DNA of 64,000 nt from Anaerolineales bacterium (GTDB taxonomy: Bacteria > Chloroflexota > Anaerolineae > Anaerolineales > UBA11579): NCBI GenBank assembly GCA_035291465.1, contig DATDRZ010000129.1:34656-98655 (forward strand), read 5' to 3'. Positions within the stretch are counted from its first letter, which is position 1, and each line of letters opens with the position of its first letter. The notes below the pieces were generated by a model. The model did no database searches and was not told the origin of the DNA. It saw only the letters and a list, made by a program, of their open reading frames with translations. The translations under genes were made by a program, and so were the position numbers. Below, piece by piece: positions 9,650 through 19,075 of this stretch.

Positions 9650-10864
9650 ATGGATTTTCAATTAAGTGAAGAGCACCGCATGGTGCAAAAAATGGTGCGG
9701 GACTTTGCCCAGTCTGAGGTGGTTCCTGTAATCAAAGAATGGGACCGCAAACAAGAAATGGCCCCGTTCATTTTGCCGCGCATGGCGGAACTTGGCATTC
9801 TGGGCATCAATATCCCGGTGCGCTACGGTGGGCAAGGGTTCGATTACCTCGCGCTCGGATTGGTGTGCGAAGAGTTGGAAGCTGCGGATAGCACGCTACG
9901 CGTGGTAATGTCGGTGCACATGGGATTAAACAGCATGGCATTGCTACAATGGGCAACCGAGGAGCAGAAACAGAAATTCCTGACGCCGCAGGCCAAGGGC
10001 GAGAAGATCGGTTGTTTTGGACTGACCGAACCGGGTGCCGGCTCTGACGTTGCCGGGATGAAGGGCACCGCAAAAAAGGCCGGAGATGAATACGTGTTGA
10101 ACGGAGAAAAGATGTGGATCTCGCTGGCCACCAAGGCCCATCATGCTTTGGTGGTGATGCGCACGAATCCAGATGTCGCAGACTCGCATGAGGGGCTTTC
10201 CGCTTTCATCCTGGAGCTCGACCGAAAAGGGGTGAAGACCGGCGACATTCACGGAAAGCTGGGTATGCGCGCCGGCTCCACTGGCTGGATTTCTATGCAA
10301 GATGTGCGCATCCCTGCGGCTAATCTGCTAGGACAGGAAGGCGAAGGATTCAAGATCGCCATGTCCTGCCTGGATAACGGCCGTTACACAGTAGCCGCCG
10401 GCGCCACTGGACTCATCCGTGCAAGCCTGGATGCAAGCGTGAAGTACGCCCATGATCGCCGAGCCTTTAATCGTGAAATTGGGCAATTCCAATTAGTGCA
10501 GCAAAAAATCGCATATATGGTGCAGCAATATGAGGCTGCGAGGCTGCTTTACCTGCGCGCAGGTTGGATGAAGAACATGGGGCAGCGCAATACGCGCGAG
10601 ACCTCGCTGGCCAAATGGCACGCCACCGATGCCTCGTTTGATGCGGCTAACGAAGCTATCCAAGTTCACGGTGCATATGGTTATAGCGATGAGTATGATG
10701 TGGAACGATACCTGCGTAATTCGCGGGGCGCCATCATCTACGAGGGCACCAGCGAGATCCATCAATTGATGCAAGCGGGCTACGCACTCGGGTATCGCAA
10801 GGATGCGGAACTGCGTTGTGAACTGCCGGCGTATGACGTGGAATACTGGCAAGCAGAAAAATAG
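9650..10864 (+). CDS. Acyl-CoA dehydrogenase
   Basis: 404 aa. CFGLTEPGAGSD, YVLNGEKMWIS and IYEGTSEIHQL motifs. Followed by etfBA. Confidence 0.9.
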   Translation: MDFQLSEEHRMVQKMVRDFAQSEVVPVIKEWDRKQEMAPFILPRMAELGILGINIPVRYGGQGFDYLALGLVCEELEAADSTLRVVMSVHMGLNSMALLQWATEEQKQKFLTPQAKGEKIGCFGLTEPGAGSDVAGMKGTAKKAGDEYVLNGEKMWISLATKAHHALVVMRTNPDVADSHEGLSAFILELDRKGVKTGDIHGKLGMRAGSTGWISMQDVRIPAANLLGQEGEGFKIAMSCLDNGRYTVAAGATGLIRASLDASVKYAHDRRAFNREIGQFQLVQQKIAYMVQQYEAARLLYLRAGWMKNMGQRNTRETSLAKWHATDASFDAANEAIQVHGAYGYSDEYDVERYLRNSRGAIIYEGTSEIHQLMQAGYALGYRKDAELRCELPAYDVEYWQAEK

Positions 10865-10870
10865 GGAATC

Positions 10871-10905
10871 GAGACTAGAGACTTGAGACTTGAGACTTGA
10901 GACTG
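10871..10905. repeat. Heptanucleotide tandem repeat (GAGACTW x5)
   Basis: gagacta gagactt gagactt gagactt gagactg, located between the acd stop and the etfB SD. Confidence 0.9.
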
Positions 10906-10949
10906 ACACAAGTTATTTGTTATTGCTTTGAAACCGCAAAGGAGAGAGA

Positions 10950-11729
10950 TTGAAGATCGCAGTCTTTGTAAAACAAGTGCCCGATTCGGCAGCCAAGGTG
11001 GCGCTAGAAAATGGCGTAGTGTCCTGGGGTGATGCACCGCTGGTTATCAACCCTTGGGATGAGTATGCCGTAGAAGCCGCGCTATCGCTGACCGAGCAAC
11101 ATGGTGGCGAGGTGACCGCAATCAGCCTGGGCGACGAAAGTGCAAAGGAAGCGCTTAAGCACGCCCTAGCCATGGGCTGCGGCCATGCAATCCTGATCAG
11201 CGATCCAGCGCTCAAGGGGATCGATTCTGCCGGCGTGGCGCGCGTATGTGCCGCTGCCGTGCAGAAATTAGCGGATATAGACGTTGCAGTCTTCGGGAAG
11301 CAAGCTATCGACTCGGATACTGGACTGACTGCGGCCATGGCAGCCCGAATTCTCGGCTGGCCGGCGCTAACTCTAGTAGCTTCTATCGCGCAGCTGGACC
11401 CCGCTGCCAAGACGATCCGCGTTCAGCGCGGGATCGAAGAAGGCCGGCAAATCGTGGAAGGCAAGTTGCCCGCGGTGATCAGTATCGTAAAGGATTTCGG
11501 GGAGCCGCGTTATCCGTCTTTCATGGGCATACGCAAAGCTTCGAAGGCGGAGATTCCTAGCTTGACACTGGCTGAGCTGGGCACCCAGGCGCCTGAAGCC
11601 AAAATCACCTGGCCGGAACTGATCAGCCCGCCCAAGCGTAAAGTGACCAACGAAATGATCACCGGTGCCAGCGCGGATGAAATCGCAGCCAATCTTGCTG
11701 ACAAAATCATCGCCGAGGGAGTGCTTTGA
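10950..11729 (+). CDS. etfB: Electron transfer flavoprotein beta subunit
   Basis: TTG start after AAAGGAGAGAG. N-terminus is MKIAVFVKQVPDS. Confidence 0.9.
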   Translation: MKIAVFVKQVPDSAAKVALENGVVSWGDAPLVINPWDEYAVEAALSLTEQHGGEVTAISLGDESAKEALKHALAMGCGHAILISDPALKGIDSAGVARVCAAAVQKLADIDVAVFGKQAIDSDTGLTAAMAARILGWPALTLVASIAQLDPAAKTIRVQRGIEEGRQIVEGKLPAVISIVKDFGEPRYPSFMGIRKASKAEIPSLTLAELGTQAPEAKITWPELISPPKRKVTNEMITGASADEIAANLADKIIAEGVL

Positions 11730-12793
11730 TGGCTACCCGTCATTCGATGGGGGGCAAGATCTTCGTTTACGTCGACCATTTCAAGGGCAAGCCGCTCCCC
11801 GCATCTTGGGAAGTGGTGGGCGCGGCGCGTAAGATCGCCGGCGAAAACGGCATGTCGGTTAGTGCGCTGGTTTTGGGTCAGGGCGTCGAACGAATTGCTC
11901 AGCCCGCGTTCCAATATGGCGCAGGCGAGGTGTTGCTCGCGGATGATGCCAGCCTGGCCGATTATCGACCGGAGCCGTATGCCGCGCTGATCTCCAAGCT
12001 GGCGAAAGATTCCCAGCCCGAGGCGATATTTTTTCCCACCAGCACCCGCGGCCGGGAGCTGGCCGCGATGGCCGCCATAGATCTCGATACTGGCGTAATT
12101 CCAGATGTGATCGAGATCGAACACGAAGGCGGAAAGTTCACTGCGACCCGTCCCATCTACGCAGGCAAGCTACTCGCCAAAGTGACCTGTTCCGCCAAAC
12201 CCGCGTTGTTGACACTGCGCGTCCGTGCCTTTGGCAAGCCGGATAAGGACATCGGCCGTTCAGGTGACATCACGAAAGTTTCACCAGCTTTGAATGAAGA
12301 CCAGATAGCGACTAAAGTTGTGGATTATGCGCCCACGGAAGGCCGGGTGAGTCTTGGTGATGCCGCCGTGATCGTTTCCGGCGGGCGCGGGCTCTCAAAT
12401 AATCCCAGTCTGCAGCCACCGGCCGATATCACTGATGAGAAGCAGAAGGAGATCTGGCGCGCACAGCAAGGGTTCAAGATGTTGGGTGAACTAGCCGAGG
12501 TCTTGGGTGCAGCGGTGGGTGCCAGCCGAGCCGCCGTGGACGCAGGTTACATTCCCTACGCGCACCAGGTCGGACAGACCGGAAAAGTCGTTTCTCCTGA
12601 TCTCTACATTGCTTGCGGGATCTCGGGCGCCATCCAGCATTTGGCGGGCATGCGCACTGCCAAAGTAGTGGTGGCCATCAACAAAGACTCCGATGCCCCT
12701 ATTTTCAAACTGGCGCGCTTTGGAGTAGTGGGTGATTTATACGAAGTCATCCCCGCGCTAACCAAGGCTTTCAAAGAACGGCTACACAAGTAG
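11729..12793 (+). CDS. etfA: Electron transfer flavoprotein alpha subunit
   Basis: ATG overlaps the etfB stop (TGATG). C-terminal FAD-binding block [21 protein letters not shown]. Confidence 0.9.
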   Translation: MATRHSMGGKIFVYVDHFKGKPLPASWEVVGAARKIAGENGMSVSALVLGQGVERIAQPAFQYGAGEVLLADDASLADYRPEPYAALISKLAKDSQPEAIFFPTSTRGRELAAMAAIDLDTGVIPDVIEIEHEGGKFTATRPIYAGKLLAKVTCSAKPALLTLRVRAFGKPDKDIGRSGDITKVSPALNEDQIATKVVDYAPTEGRVSLGDAAVIVSGGRGLSNNPSLQPPADITDEKQKEIWRAQQGFKMLGELAEVLGAAVGASRAAVDAGYIPYAHQVGQTGKVVSPDLYIACGISGAIQHLAGMRTAKVVVAINKDSDAPIFKLARFGVVGDLYEVIPALTKAFKERLHK

Positions 12794-12815
12794 AAATGGC
12801 AGCAAACAACTAAAT

Positions 12816-12862
12816 AAAACACTTCGCAAGCATCAAACAAAAAGCTTGCGAAGTGTTTTTTA
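12816..12862 (+). terminator. Rho-independent terminator after etfA
   Basis: aaaacacttcgcaagc / gcttgcgaagtgtttt 16-bp stem with a 12-nt loop and a T-run. Confidence 0.8.
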
Positions 12863-12869
12863 TGCCACT

Positions 12870-14039
12870 ATGTCCAGAAAAACGGCGTTAATTGCTTATT
12901 TGGCATTCATCGCCTTCGGTATTTATGAAGGTATTTTAGGCGTGGTTTGGCCTTCAATCAGTCGTGACCTAGACATTCCCCTGGAATCGCTGGGCATCGT
13001 CTTGGTCATAAGTTTGATCGGGTTCGTACTAGTCAGTTTCACCAGCGGCTGGCTTATCCAAAGGAAATCTCTTTATTGGTTGCTGCTGGCCAGCGTTCTT
13101 TTACGACTCCTCGGGTTTGGGGGAGCCGCGCTTTCTTCAACATTCGTACTTTTGGTAATTTCCCTTATGGTTGCCAGCATGGGCGGTGGCGGACTGGATA
13201 GCGGAATGAACGGCTTTTTCTCCAGCCGCGGCAGCGCAAAGCAACTCAACTGGATGCACGCATCCTTTGGCATCGGGGCAACGCTGGGACCATTCCTGGT
13301 CAGCGGCCTGCAATTGCTGGGTGGAGACTGGAAATGGGCGTTTGCGGTTGTCGCTCTGGTGTTTGGTATCCAATCCATCCTGGTTCGATTAAACCCGAAT
13401 GTCTGGGAGCTCGATCCAGCGGCTGTAAAAGACGAATCGGAAATAACCAGCAAAGCTGGATTAGTAACAACGATGCGCCTCCCGGTAGTCTGGCTAAGCG
13501 TCCTGGTCTTCTTCCTCTACACCGGTACCGAGATCAGCACAGCACAGTGGAGTTTCACCTTGTTCACTTTAGCGCGTGGCGTTCCGGAACTAACCGCCAG
13601 CACCTGGATTGGAATCTATTGGGGGATTTTCACCCTGGGACGGATCTTTTTCGGATTGATCGCCAATAGGGTTCGTTTGGACCCCATTCTTCGCCTTGCT
13701 CTTGTGCTGGCAGCCCTTGGAGCTGCATTGCTTTGGTGGAATCCCGCCAATTGGGTCAGCTTTGGCGGCCTGGTGGTGATGGGATTGGCATTTGCGCCGA
13801 TCTTTCCGATATTGATCGCCACAACGGTGAACCGCGTCGGCCACGCACATTCGTCGAACGCCATCGGCTTCCAAATCGCGGCGGCCGGTCTGGGGGGAGC
13901 AGTGCTGACCGGATTGATCGGCGTCTTCGCGTCGGCAACCACCCTGGAAAATATTGGGCTCAGCATTTTATTGCTGGTGGGATTAACTTTTGCTACTTAT
14001 GTTTGGCTGGCGCGTACTGCTTCAAGCAATCCGCATTAA
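12870..14039 (+). CDS. MFS transporter
   Basis: About 12 TM helices. ATG 12870 was chosen because the TTG at 12846 lies inside the terminator stem. Confidence 0.8.
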   Translation: MSRKTALIAYLAFIAFGIYEGILGVVWPSISRDLDIPLESLGIVLVISLIGFVLVSFTSGWLIQRKSLYWLLLASVLLRLLGFGGAALSSTFVLLVISLMVASMGGGGLDSGMNGFFSSRGSAKQLNWMHASFGIGATLGPFLVSGLQLLGGDWKWAFAVVALVFGIQSILVRLNPNVWELDPAAVKDESEITSKAGLVTTMRLPVVWLSVLVFFLYTGTEISTAQWSFTLFTLARGVPELTASTWIGIYWGIFTLGRIFFGLIANRVRLDPILRLALVLAALGAALLWWNPANWVSFGGLVVMGLAFAPIFPILIATTVNRVGHAHSSNAIGFQIAAAGLGGAVLTGLIGVFASATTLENIGLSILLLVGLTFATYVWLARTASSNPH

Positions 14040-14043
14040 ACAA

Positions 14044-14430
14044 TCAGCTGCTAGCCAAAGCGATCTCACCAACGAGATTGCCGTTTAAATAGATCTGGTA
14101 ATTGCCATCAGGCTGCCCAGCCATGGGTATCTCTATCGTTTCCTCAAAGGAGTGCAGGCCTTGAATGCAGGTGGCTGCCGGGCTAATAGTGCTGTAAACC
14201 TCAACATCGATGCGCCCAATAGCCGGACCTTCGTATTCATAGTGGAATTCATGGCAGGCGGTGGGCAGATCTCCGGTGATGTGCAGAGAAATGGCCGGCG
14301 GATCAGTCAGCATCGCGGAGACTTCGACCTCACCGATGTAGACGGGCTCGCGCACCTGTGTGCCAGTCGGCGAGCAAGCCGCGATAGTCACAATAAGTAA
14401 TAAGGCGAAAATCGGATTGAGTATTTTCAT
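14044..14430 (-). CDS. Small lipoprotein, uncharacterized family (paralog 1)
   Basis: Lipobox TIAAC. Shares SLHITGDLPTxCHEF, CIQ, IPMxG and YLNGxLVGE with the adjacent gene. Confidence 0.65.
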   Translation of the reverse strand: MKILNPIFALLLIVTIAACSPTGTQVREPVYIGEVEVSAMLTDPPAISLHITGDLPTACHEFHYEYEGPAIGRIDVEVYSTISPAATCIQGLHSFEETIEIPMAGQPDGNYQIYLNGNLVGEIALASS

Positions 14431-14433
14431 TTT

Positions 14434-14820
14434 TTACGCCGGGTACCTAAATTCTCCAACCAATTCGCCGTTTAGATAAACGGGATAGGAAGCTTCTCCC
14501 GATCCTTCCATTGGGATTGGGATGCTTAAGTCAAATGGTTCCAACACCTGGATGCAAACTGTGTTTGGGTCGATCTCGCTCCAGGAGGTAACGAATATGC
14601 GATTCTGCTCATCGGGTCCAGCCACCTGCGAACGGAATTCATGGCATGGCGTTGGAAGTTCGCCAGAGATGTGCAGCGAGACCTGCACCGGGTAGCTTTC
14701 CATAATCAGCAGGTCTGAGCTGTTGATGTACACAGGGCCGCCGGTCGGTGTAGGCGTTATGGGCCCGCAAGCGGCAAGCAATAGTATTGCTCCAATAAGA
14801 AATCCGATTCGTTTCAACAT
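14434..14820 (-). CDS. Small lipoprotein, uncharacterized family (paralog 2)
   Basis: Lipobox LLAAC. Same 128-aa length and the same conserved blocks as 14044..14430. Confidence 0.65.
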   Translation of the reverse strand: MLKRIGFLIGAILLLAACGPITPTPTGGPVYINSSDLLIMESYPVQVSLHISGELPTPCHEFRSQVAGPDEQNRIFVTSWSEIDPNTVCIQVLEPFDLSIPIPMEGSGEASYPVYLNGELVGEFRYPA

Positions 14821-14988
14821 TATTCCTTTTAACGCCGCGGGGCTCGCCTATGTTCCCCACCAGTCAACATTCCGAAAAAAGGGAGGAGAAAGCGATTGTG
14901 TCAATTCCGTAGCTCCATAATGGGGGAATGCCACGCCCGCTTCGCGGGCTCGCAATGGTTTAACGCACGCTTCATGCCTCCCAGTTCC

Positions 14989-16440
14989 CTAACCTTTGAC
15001 TACTGCAACAGGCCTTAGTCGCGCCACTTTACGAGCGATGCCAGCTCTGGAAACGGTCTCCACGACTTCATCCACATCCTTGTAAGCCTGGGGAGCCTCT
15101 TCGGCAAGGCCGGGCAGCGACCCGGCTTGCACATGAATGCCGCGCGCTTCGAGCTCGGCGCGCAGTTCGCTGCCGCGCACGGTCTTCTTGGCCTTTGAAC
15201 GGCTCATGGTTCGCCCGGCGCCATGGCAGGTAGAGCCAAAGGAGCGGGCCATGCTGCCTTCCGTGCCAACCAGGACCCAGGATGCAGTGCCCATGCTGCC
15301 GGGCACCAGGACGGGCTGCCCGGTCTTTTGAAATTCGCTGGCCAGGCCGGGCGTTCCAGGGCCAAAGGCGCGAGTAGCGCCTTTGCGGTGCACGCAAACT
15401 TTGACGGTTTTGCCGTCAACTGTGTGGTTTTCCACCTTGCCCATGTTGTGGGCTATGTCATAGACCTGGTGCAGGCGCCAATTCTTCACGCGCCCGGCAA
15501 GCGATTCTTCGAAGGCCTGGCGCGCGTGATAGGCGAGCAATTGCCGATTGGCAAAGGCGAAATTGGCAGCCGCGTTCATTGCGCCTAGATAAGCTTTTCC
15601 CTCCGCGGAATCCATGGGCGCGCAAACCAACTCGCGGTCCGGCAATTCAATCTTGTAACGCTGGATTGTGCTTTGGAAATCGCGTACATAATCGGTGCAG
15701 ATCTGGTGGCCGAAGCCGCGTGAACCGCAGTGGATCATCAAAGTCAGGCAACCTTCGCGCAAGCCCATGACGTCGGCTGCCTCTTGATCAAATACCTTGT
15801 CGACCACTTCAACTTCAATGAAGTGGTTCCCCGCACCCAGCGTGCCGATCTGGTTGGAGCCACGCTGTTTGGCGCGTTGGCTGACCCTGGCCGGGTCCGC
15901 GCCGGGGATGCGACCGAATTCCTCGGTGCGCCCGAGATCGGATTCGCTGGCGAAACCTTTCTTCAGTGCCCACTGCGCACCCTCGCGCATCACCTGGTCC
16001 AGCTCTCTTTCGTTCAGGCGATAATGACCACCGACTCCCACTCCGCTGGGACAGTGTTTGTTCAATGAAATCGCCAAATCGTCGAGTTTAGCTGAAACTT
16101 TGTCCAATTCGATCTGGGACGCAAGCAGTCGAACGCCGCAGTTGATGTCGTATCCAATGGCACCAGGAGAAATCACGCCATCGGGGTACTGGGTGGCGGC
16201 TACACCGCCTATTGGGAAGCCGTACCCCTGGTGCATATCGGGCATCACCACCACGCGACCTACGAGTCCCGGCAGTGTGGTTGCGTTCACCGCCTGGTCC
16301 AGAGATTTGTCACCGGCGATGGCTTCCAGCAGTTCGCGGGTGGCGAAGATGGCTACAGGCACGCGCATATCACTGCGATACGTGGAGGGGATTTCCCATT
16401 CAACGTCGCTGATTTTTTTAAGGTCAGATAGTGTGACCAC
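14989..16440 (-). CDS. rtcB: RNA 3'-phosphate/2',3'-cyclic phosphate ligase RtcB
   Basis: 483 aa. DMHQGYG, GYDINCG, GAGNHF and GSRGFGHQ motifs. Confidence 0.95.
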   Translation of the reverse strand: MVTLSDLKKISDVEWEIPSTYRSDMRVPVAIFATRELLEAIAGDKSLDQAVNATTLPGLVGRVVVMPDMHQGYGFPIGGVAATQYPDGVISPGAIGYDINCGVRLLASQIELDKVSAKLDDLAISLNKHCPSGVGVGGHYRLNERELDQVMREGAQWALKKGFASESDLGRTEEFGRIPGADPARVSQRAKQRGSNQIGTLGAGNHFIEVEVVDKVFDQEAADVMGLREGCLTLMIHCGSRGFGHQICTDYVRDFQSTIQRYKIELPDRELVCAPMDSAEGKAYLGAMNAAANFAFANRQLLAYHARQAFEESLAGRVKNWRLHQVYDIAHNMGKVENHTVDGKTVKVCVHRKGATRAFGPGTPGLASEFQKTGQPVLVPGSMGTASWVLVGTEGSMARSFGSTCHGAGRTMSRSKAKKTVRGSELRAELEARGIHVQAGSLPGLAEEAPQAYKDVDEVVETVSRAGIARKVARLRPVAVVKG

Positions 16441-16449
16441 GGTTCCCTT

Positions 16450-16860
16450 TTATACGTCGAAGACGATCTCCGCTTCCAAACCCTTGGATTTCTTTTCGAC
16501 CTTGAGATTATGGTAAGTCACTGCTTTGATCTCTTTCTTGCGTTCCGCTACCGGCGACCCCTGCATCGACGCCTGCAACACAGTTTCGGATACGGTCAGA
16601 TGGAAAGTATCGAAAACCAAACCCTCTTGGTCAACAAAATGCAACAACTCGGTAAGAAAATTCACCAGCAAGCCTTCGGCGTCGGTTGATTCCACTTTAA
16701 TGCTGCGCTTAACCCGGCCGCCTTCTTTTGCCGTAATCCCCGAGAGATCCGCCATTCCTTTGGCCGCCTGCTCGAGCAATCCGGCCAGATCAGGTGCCCA
16801 GACGTGCAGAGACCAATCCGCAGTGTGCTCGCGTTCCGCGTAACCTGCGTTTTCCGACAT
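16450..16860 (-). CDS. Archease (RtcB activator)
   Basis: EHTADW...IKAVTYH motifs. Immediately upstream of rtcB. The first ATG is at 16860. Confidence 0.9.
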   Translation of the reverse strand: MSENAGYAEREHTADWSLHVWAPDLAGLLEQAAKGMADLSGITAKEGGRVKRSIKVESTDAEGLLVNFLTELLHFVDQEGLVFDTFHLTVSETVLQASMQGSPVAERKKEIKAVTYHNLKVEKKSKGLEAEIVFDV

Positions 16861-16945
16861 GTTCAGACAAATATCCTTCAATCAGTATAACGAATTAACT
16901 GCGGATAAAAGTTATAAGCAATGGGCGCACAGAGGCGGAAAAAGA

Positions 16946-16951
16946 TACAAT
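16946..16951 (+). promoter_or_regulatory. -10 box TACAAT, 7 nt upstream of the fhaA-like ATG (leaderless)
   Basis: TACAAT-ACTTTTG-ATG. Confidence 0.45.
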
Positions 16952-16958
16952 ACTTTTG

Positions 16959-17732
16959 ATGAACTCCTCCCTCAGCCGCATTGAGGCCCGCATCCAGCGC
17001 ATTATTGAAGAGGGTACGGCCAGACTCTTCTCATCGCAGGACACCAAAAGCCACCTAGCCGCCAGCCTGATCGAAGCCATGCAGGCCGAAGTGCAATTTG
17101 CCGAGGGAGACAATCTAATTGCTCCGAGTATCTACACGATCCACGCGAACCCCGACCACGCCGCCTCACTGAAGGCCAATCGCCTGGTAATGGACGAGAT
17201 TAAAGACGCGCTGCTGCAAGCCGCTGCGCGGTCGGGTATTCAAATCCCCGGCGAGCTGGTCTTCCACCTGGTGCCAGAGGATGATCTTCCCGCAGGCGGA
17301 TTCCGCGTGCGCTGCTCTGGCGCCGGAAACAATATTGGACAAACCCAATCACTGCGTACGTTGCCGAAGCCTGCAGAGCACCAGGTGCCCTCAGCCGCCT
17401 TTCTCATTGTTGCTGGCACCGAAATCTTTCCATTAAATCTACCCATCGTAAATATCGGCCGCAAAAGCGATAACCACCTGGTCATCGAAAACCCACAGGT
17501 CTCGCGCCGACATGCCCAGTTGCGTGCCATTTCAGGGCATTACCATTTCTTCGACCTCGGATCGACGGGAGGGTCGAAGGTCAACAACCAAGAAGTGAAG
17601 ACTGCGGCCTTGCTGGCCGGGGATGTGATCAGCCTGGCTGGCATTCCCTTGATCTATGGGCAAGACGCGGCGCAGTCGGGCTCCCAAACCCAAGAATTTA
17701 GGCCAAGCCCAAACGGCAGCAGTCCATCCTGA
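16959..17732 (+). CDS. FhaA-like protein (DUF3662-like N-terminal domain plus C-terminal FHA domain)
   Basis: C-terminal IGRKSDNHLVIENPQVSRRHAQL...GSTGGSKVNNQ FHA signature. Confidence 0.75.
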   Translation: MNSSLSRIEARIQRIIEEGTARLFSSQDTKSHLAASLIEAMQAEVQFAEGDNLIAPSIYTIHANPDHAASLKANRLVMDEIKDALLQAAARSGIQIPGELVFHLVPEDDLPAGGFRVRCSGAGNNIGQTQSLRTLPKPAEHQVPSAAFLIVAGTEIFPLNLPIVNIGRKSDNHLVIENPQVSRRHAQLRAISGHYHFFDLGSTGGSKVNNQEVKTAALLAGDVISLAGIPLIYGQDAAQSGSQTQEFRPSPNGSSPS

Positions 17733-17738
17733 ATCCGG

Positions 17739-18194
17739 ATGGCGGATCTTAGCGCGACAATCCTGCTTGCCCTGCGCCTATTCATGGCCGTGGCCCTTTA
17801 CGCGTTTTTGGGGTGGAGCCTTCTGGTACTTTGGCGGGATTTGAAAAACCAAGCACAAACGATCGGCAACCGAAAGGTGCCCGCCCTTGACGTTAAGTAC
17901 CTAGGGGGAGGGTTATCTGAGGAGTTGCGTTTCACTTCTCCGGAAGTTGTTATCGGACGTCACCCCAGTTGCGAATGGGTGATCCCCAACGATACTGTGT
18001 CCTCTCGCCACGCGCGCATGGTATACCATCATGATCAATGGTGGCTGGAAGATCTTGGCTCGCGCAATGGAACCTTCCTGAATGAGGTCGCCTTGAGCGA
18101 CCCCGCAGTGCTTGCTGACCAGGATCAAGTGCGCTGCGGTCAAGTGAACTTCTCGGTCAGGTTAGATGACGGCTTGGTAGACGCGCTCAAATGA
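17739..18194 (+). CDS. FhaB/FipA-like membrane-anchored FHA-domain protein
   Basis: N-terminal TM helix followed by IGRHPSCEWVIPNDTVSSRHARM...GSRNGTFLN. Confidence 0.75.
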   Translation: MADLSATILLALRLFMAVALYAFLGWSLLVLWRDLKNQAQTIGNRKVPALDVKYLGGGLSEELRFTSPEVVIGRHPSCEWVIPNDTVSSRHARMVYHHDQWWLEDLGSRNGTFLNEVALSDPAVLADQDQVRCGQVNFSVRLDDGLVDALK

Positions 18195-19057
18195 AATCCA
18201 AACCCGAACTGGCCGTTATCGGGGGCTCGGGCCTCTATTCGATCCCTATTCTTAAAGACGTCAGCGTAAAGAACGTGACCACACCTTTCGGCGAACCCAG
18301 TTCGCCGGTGGTATTGGGCACGCTGGCCGGTCGTCGCGTCGCGTTTTTGGCGCGGCACGGAGTCAATCACAGCATCCCGCCGCACCGGGTGAACTACCGC
18401 GCCAACATCTACGCGCTTAAGTCGCTGGGCGTGCGGTTTGTGGCCGCAGTCAGCGCGTGCGGTTCGCTGCGCGAGGATTACGTGCCCAGCAACGTTGTCA
18501 TTCCGGACCAGCTTTTCGACTTCACACACGTCCGGGCACGCTCATTCTTCGATGAGCCCGGTTTGGTGACACACGTCAGTGTGGCGGAACCCTTCTGTAA
18601 CGCATTCGGCAAGCAGCTGTTCAAAGCATGCAAAACCGCCAAAGCCAAGGTGCACTATGGCGGCTCCTATATCACCGTGGAAGGTCCGCGATTCTCCACT
18701 CGATCTGAGTCCAACAATTTCCGTTCCTGGGGTCACTCCATCATTGGCATGACTACTTCACCTGAGGCGTTCCTGGCCCGCGAAGCAGAACTCTGCTATG
18801 CAGTGATGGCGCATGTCACGGATTACGATGTGTGGCACGAGGAACCCGTGAACGTGGAGATGGTCATGAAGACCATGGAAAAGAACCTTAAGCTGGCCCA
18901 AGAGGTCATTCGCCATCTCGCCGCAAAACTCGACACCAATCAGGATTGTGATTGCGACACCGCGCTCGCCGGCGCCATGGTGACCAGTGCAAAGCATATT
19001 TCGAAAGGGCAGCGCAAGAAATTGGGCATCTTGGTGGACAAGTATCTCAAGAAGTGA
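18191..19057 (+). CDS. mtnP: S-methyl-5'-thioadenosine phosphorylase
   Basis: VIGGSGLY...FLARHG..H.IPPH.VNYRANI...IIGMT motifs. The ATG overlaps the fhaB-like stop (ATGA). Confidence 0.9.
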   Translation: MKSKPELAVIGGSGLYSIPILKDVSVKNVTTPFGEPSSPVVLGTLAGRRVAFLARHGVNHSIPPHRVNYRANIYALKSLGVRFVAAVSACGSLREDYVPSNVVIPDQLFDFTHVRARSFFDEPGLVTHVSVAEPFCNAFGKQLFKACKTAKAKVHYGGSYITVEGPRFSTRSESNNFRSWGHSIIGMTTSPEAFLAREAELCYAVMAHVTDYDVWHEEPVNVEMVMKTMEKNLKLAQEVIRHLAAKLDTNQDCDCDTALAGAMVTSAKHISKGQRKKLGILVDKYLKK

Positions 19058-19075
19058 GGCGCCGATGTTTCTGAT

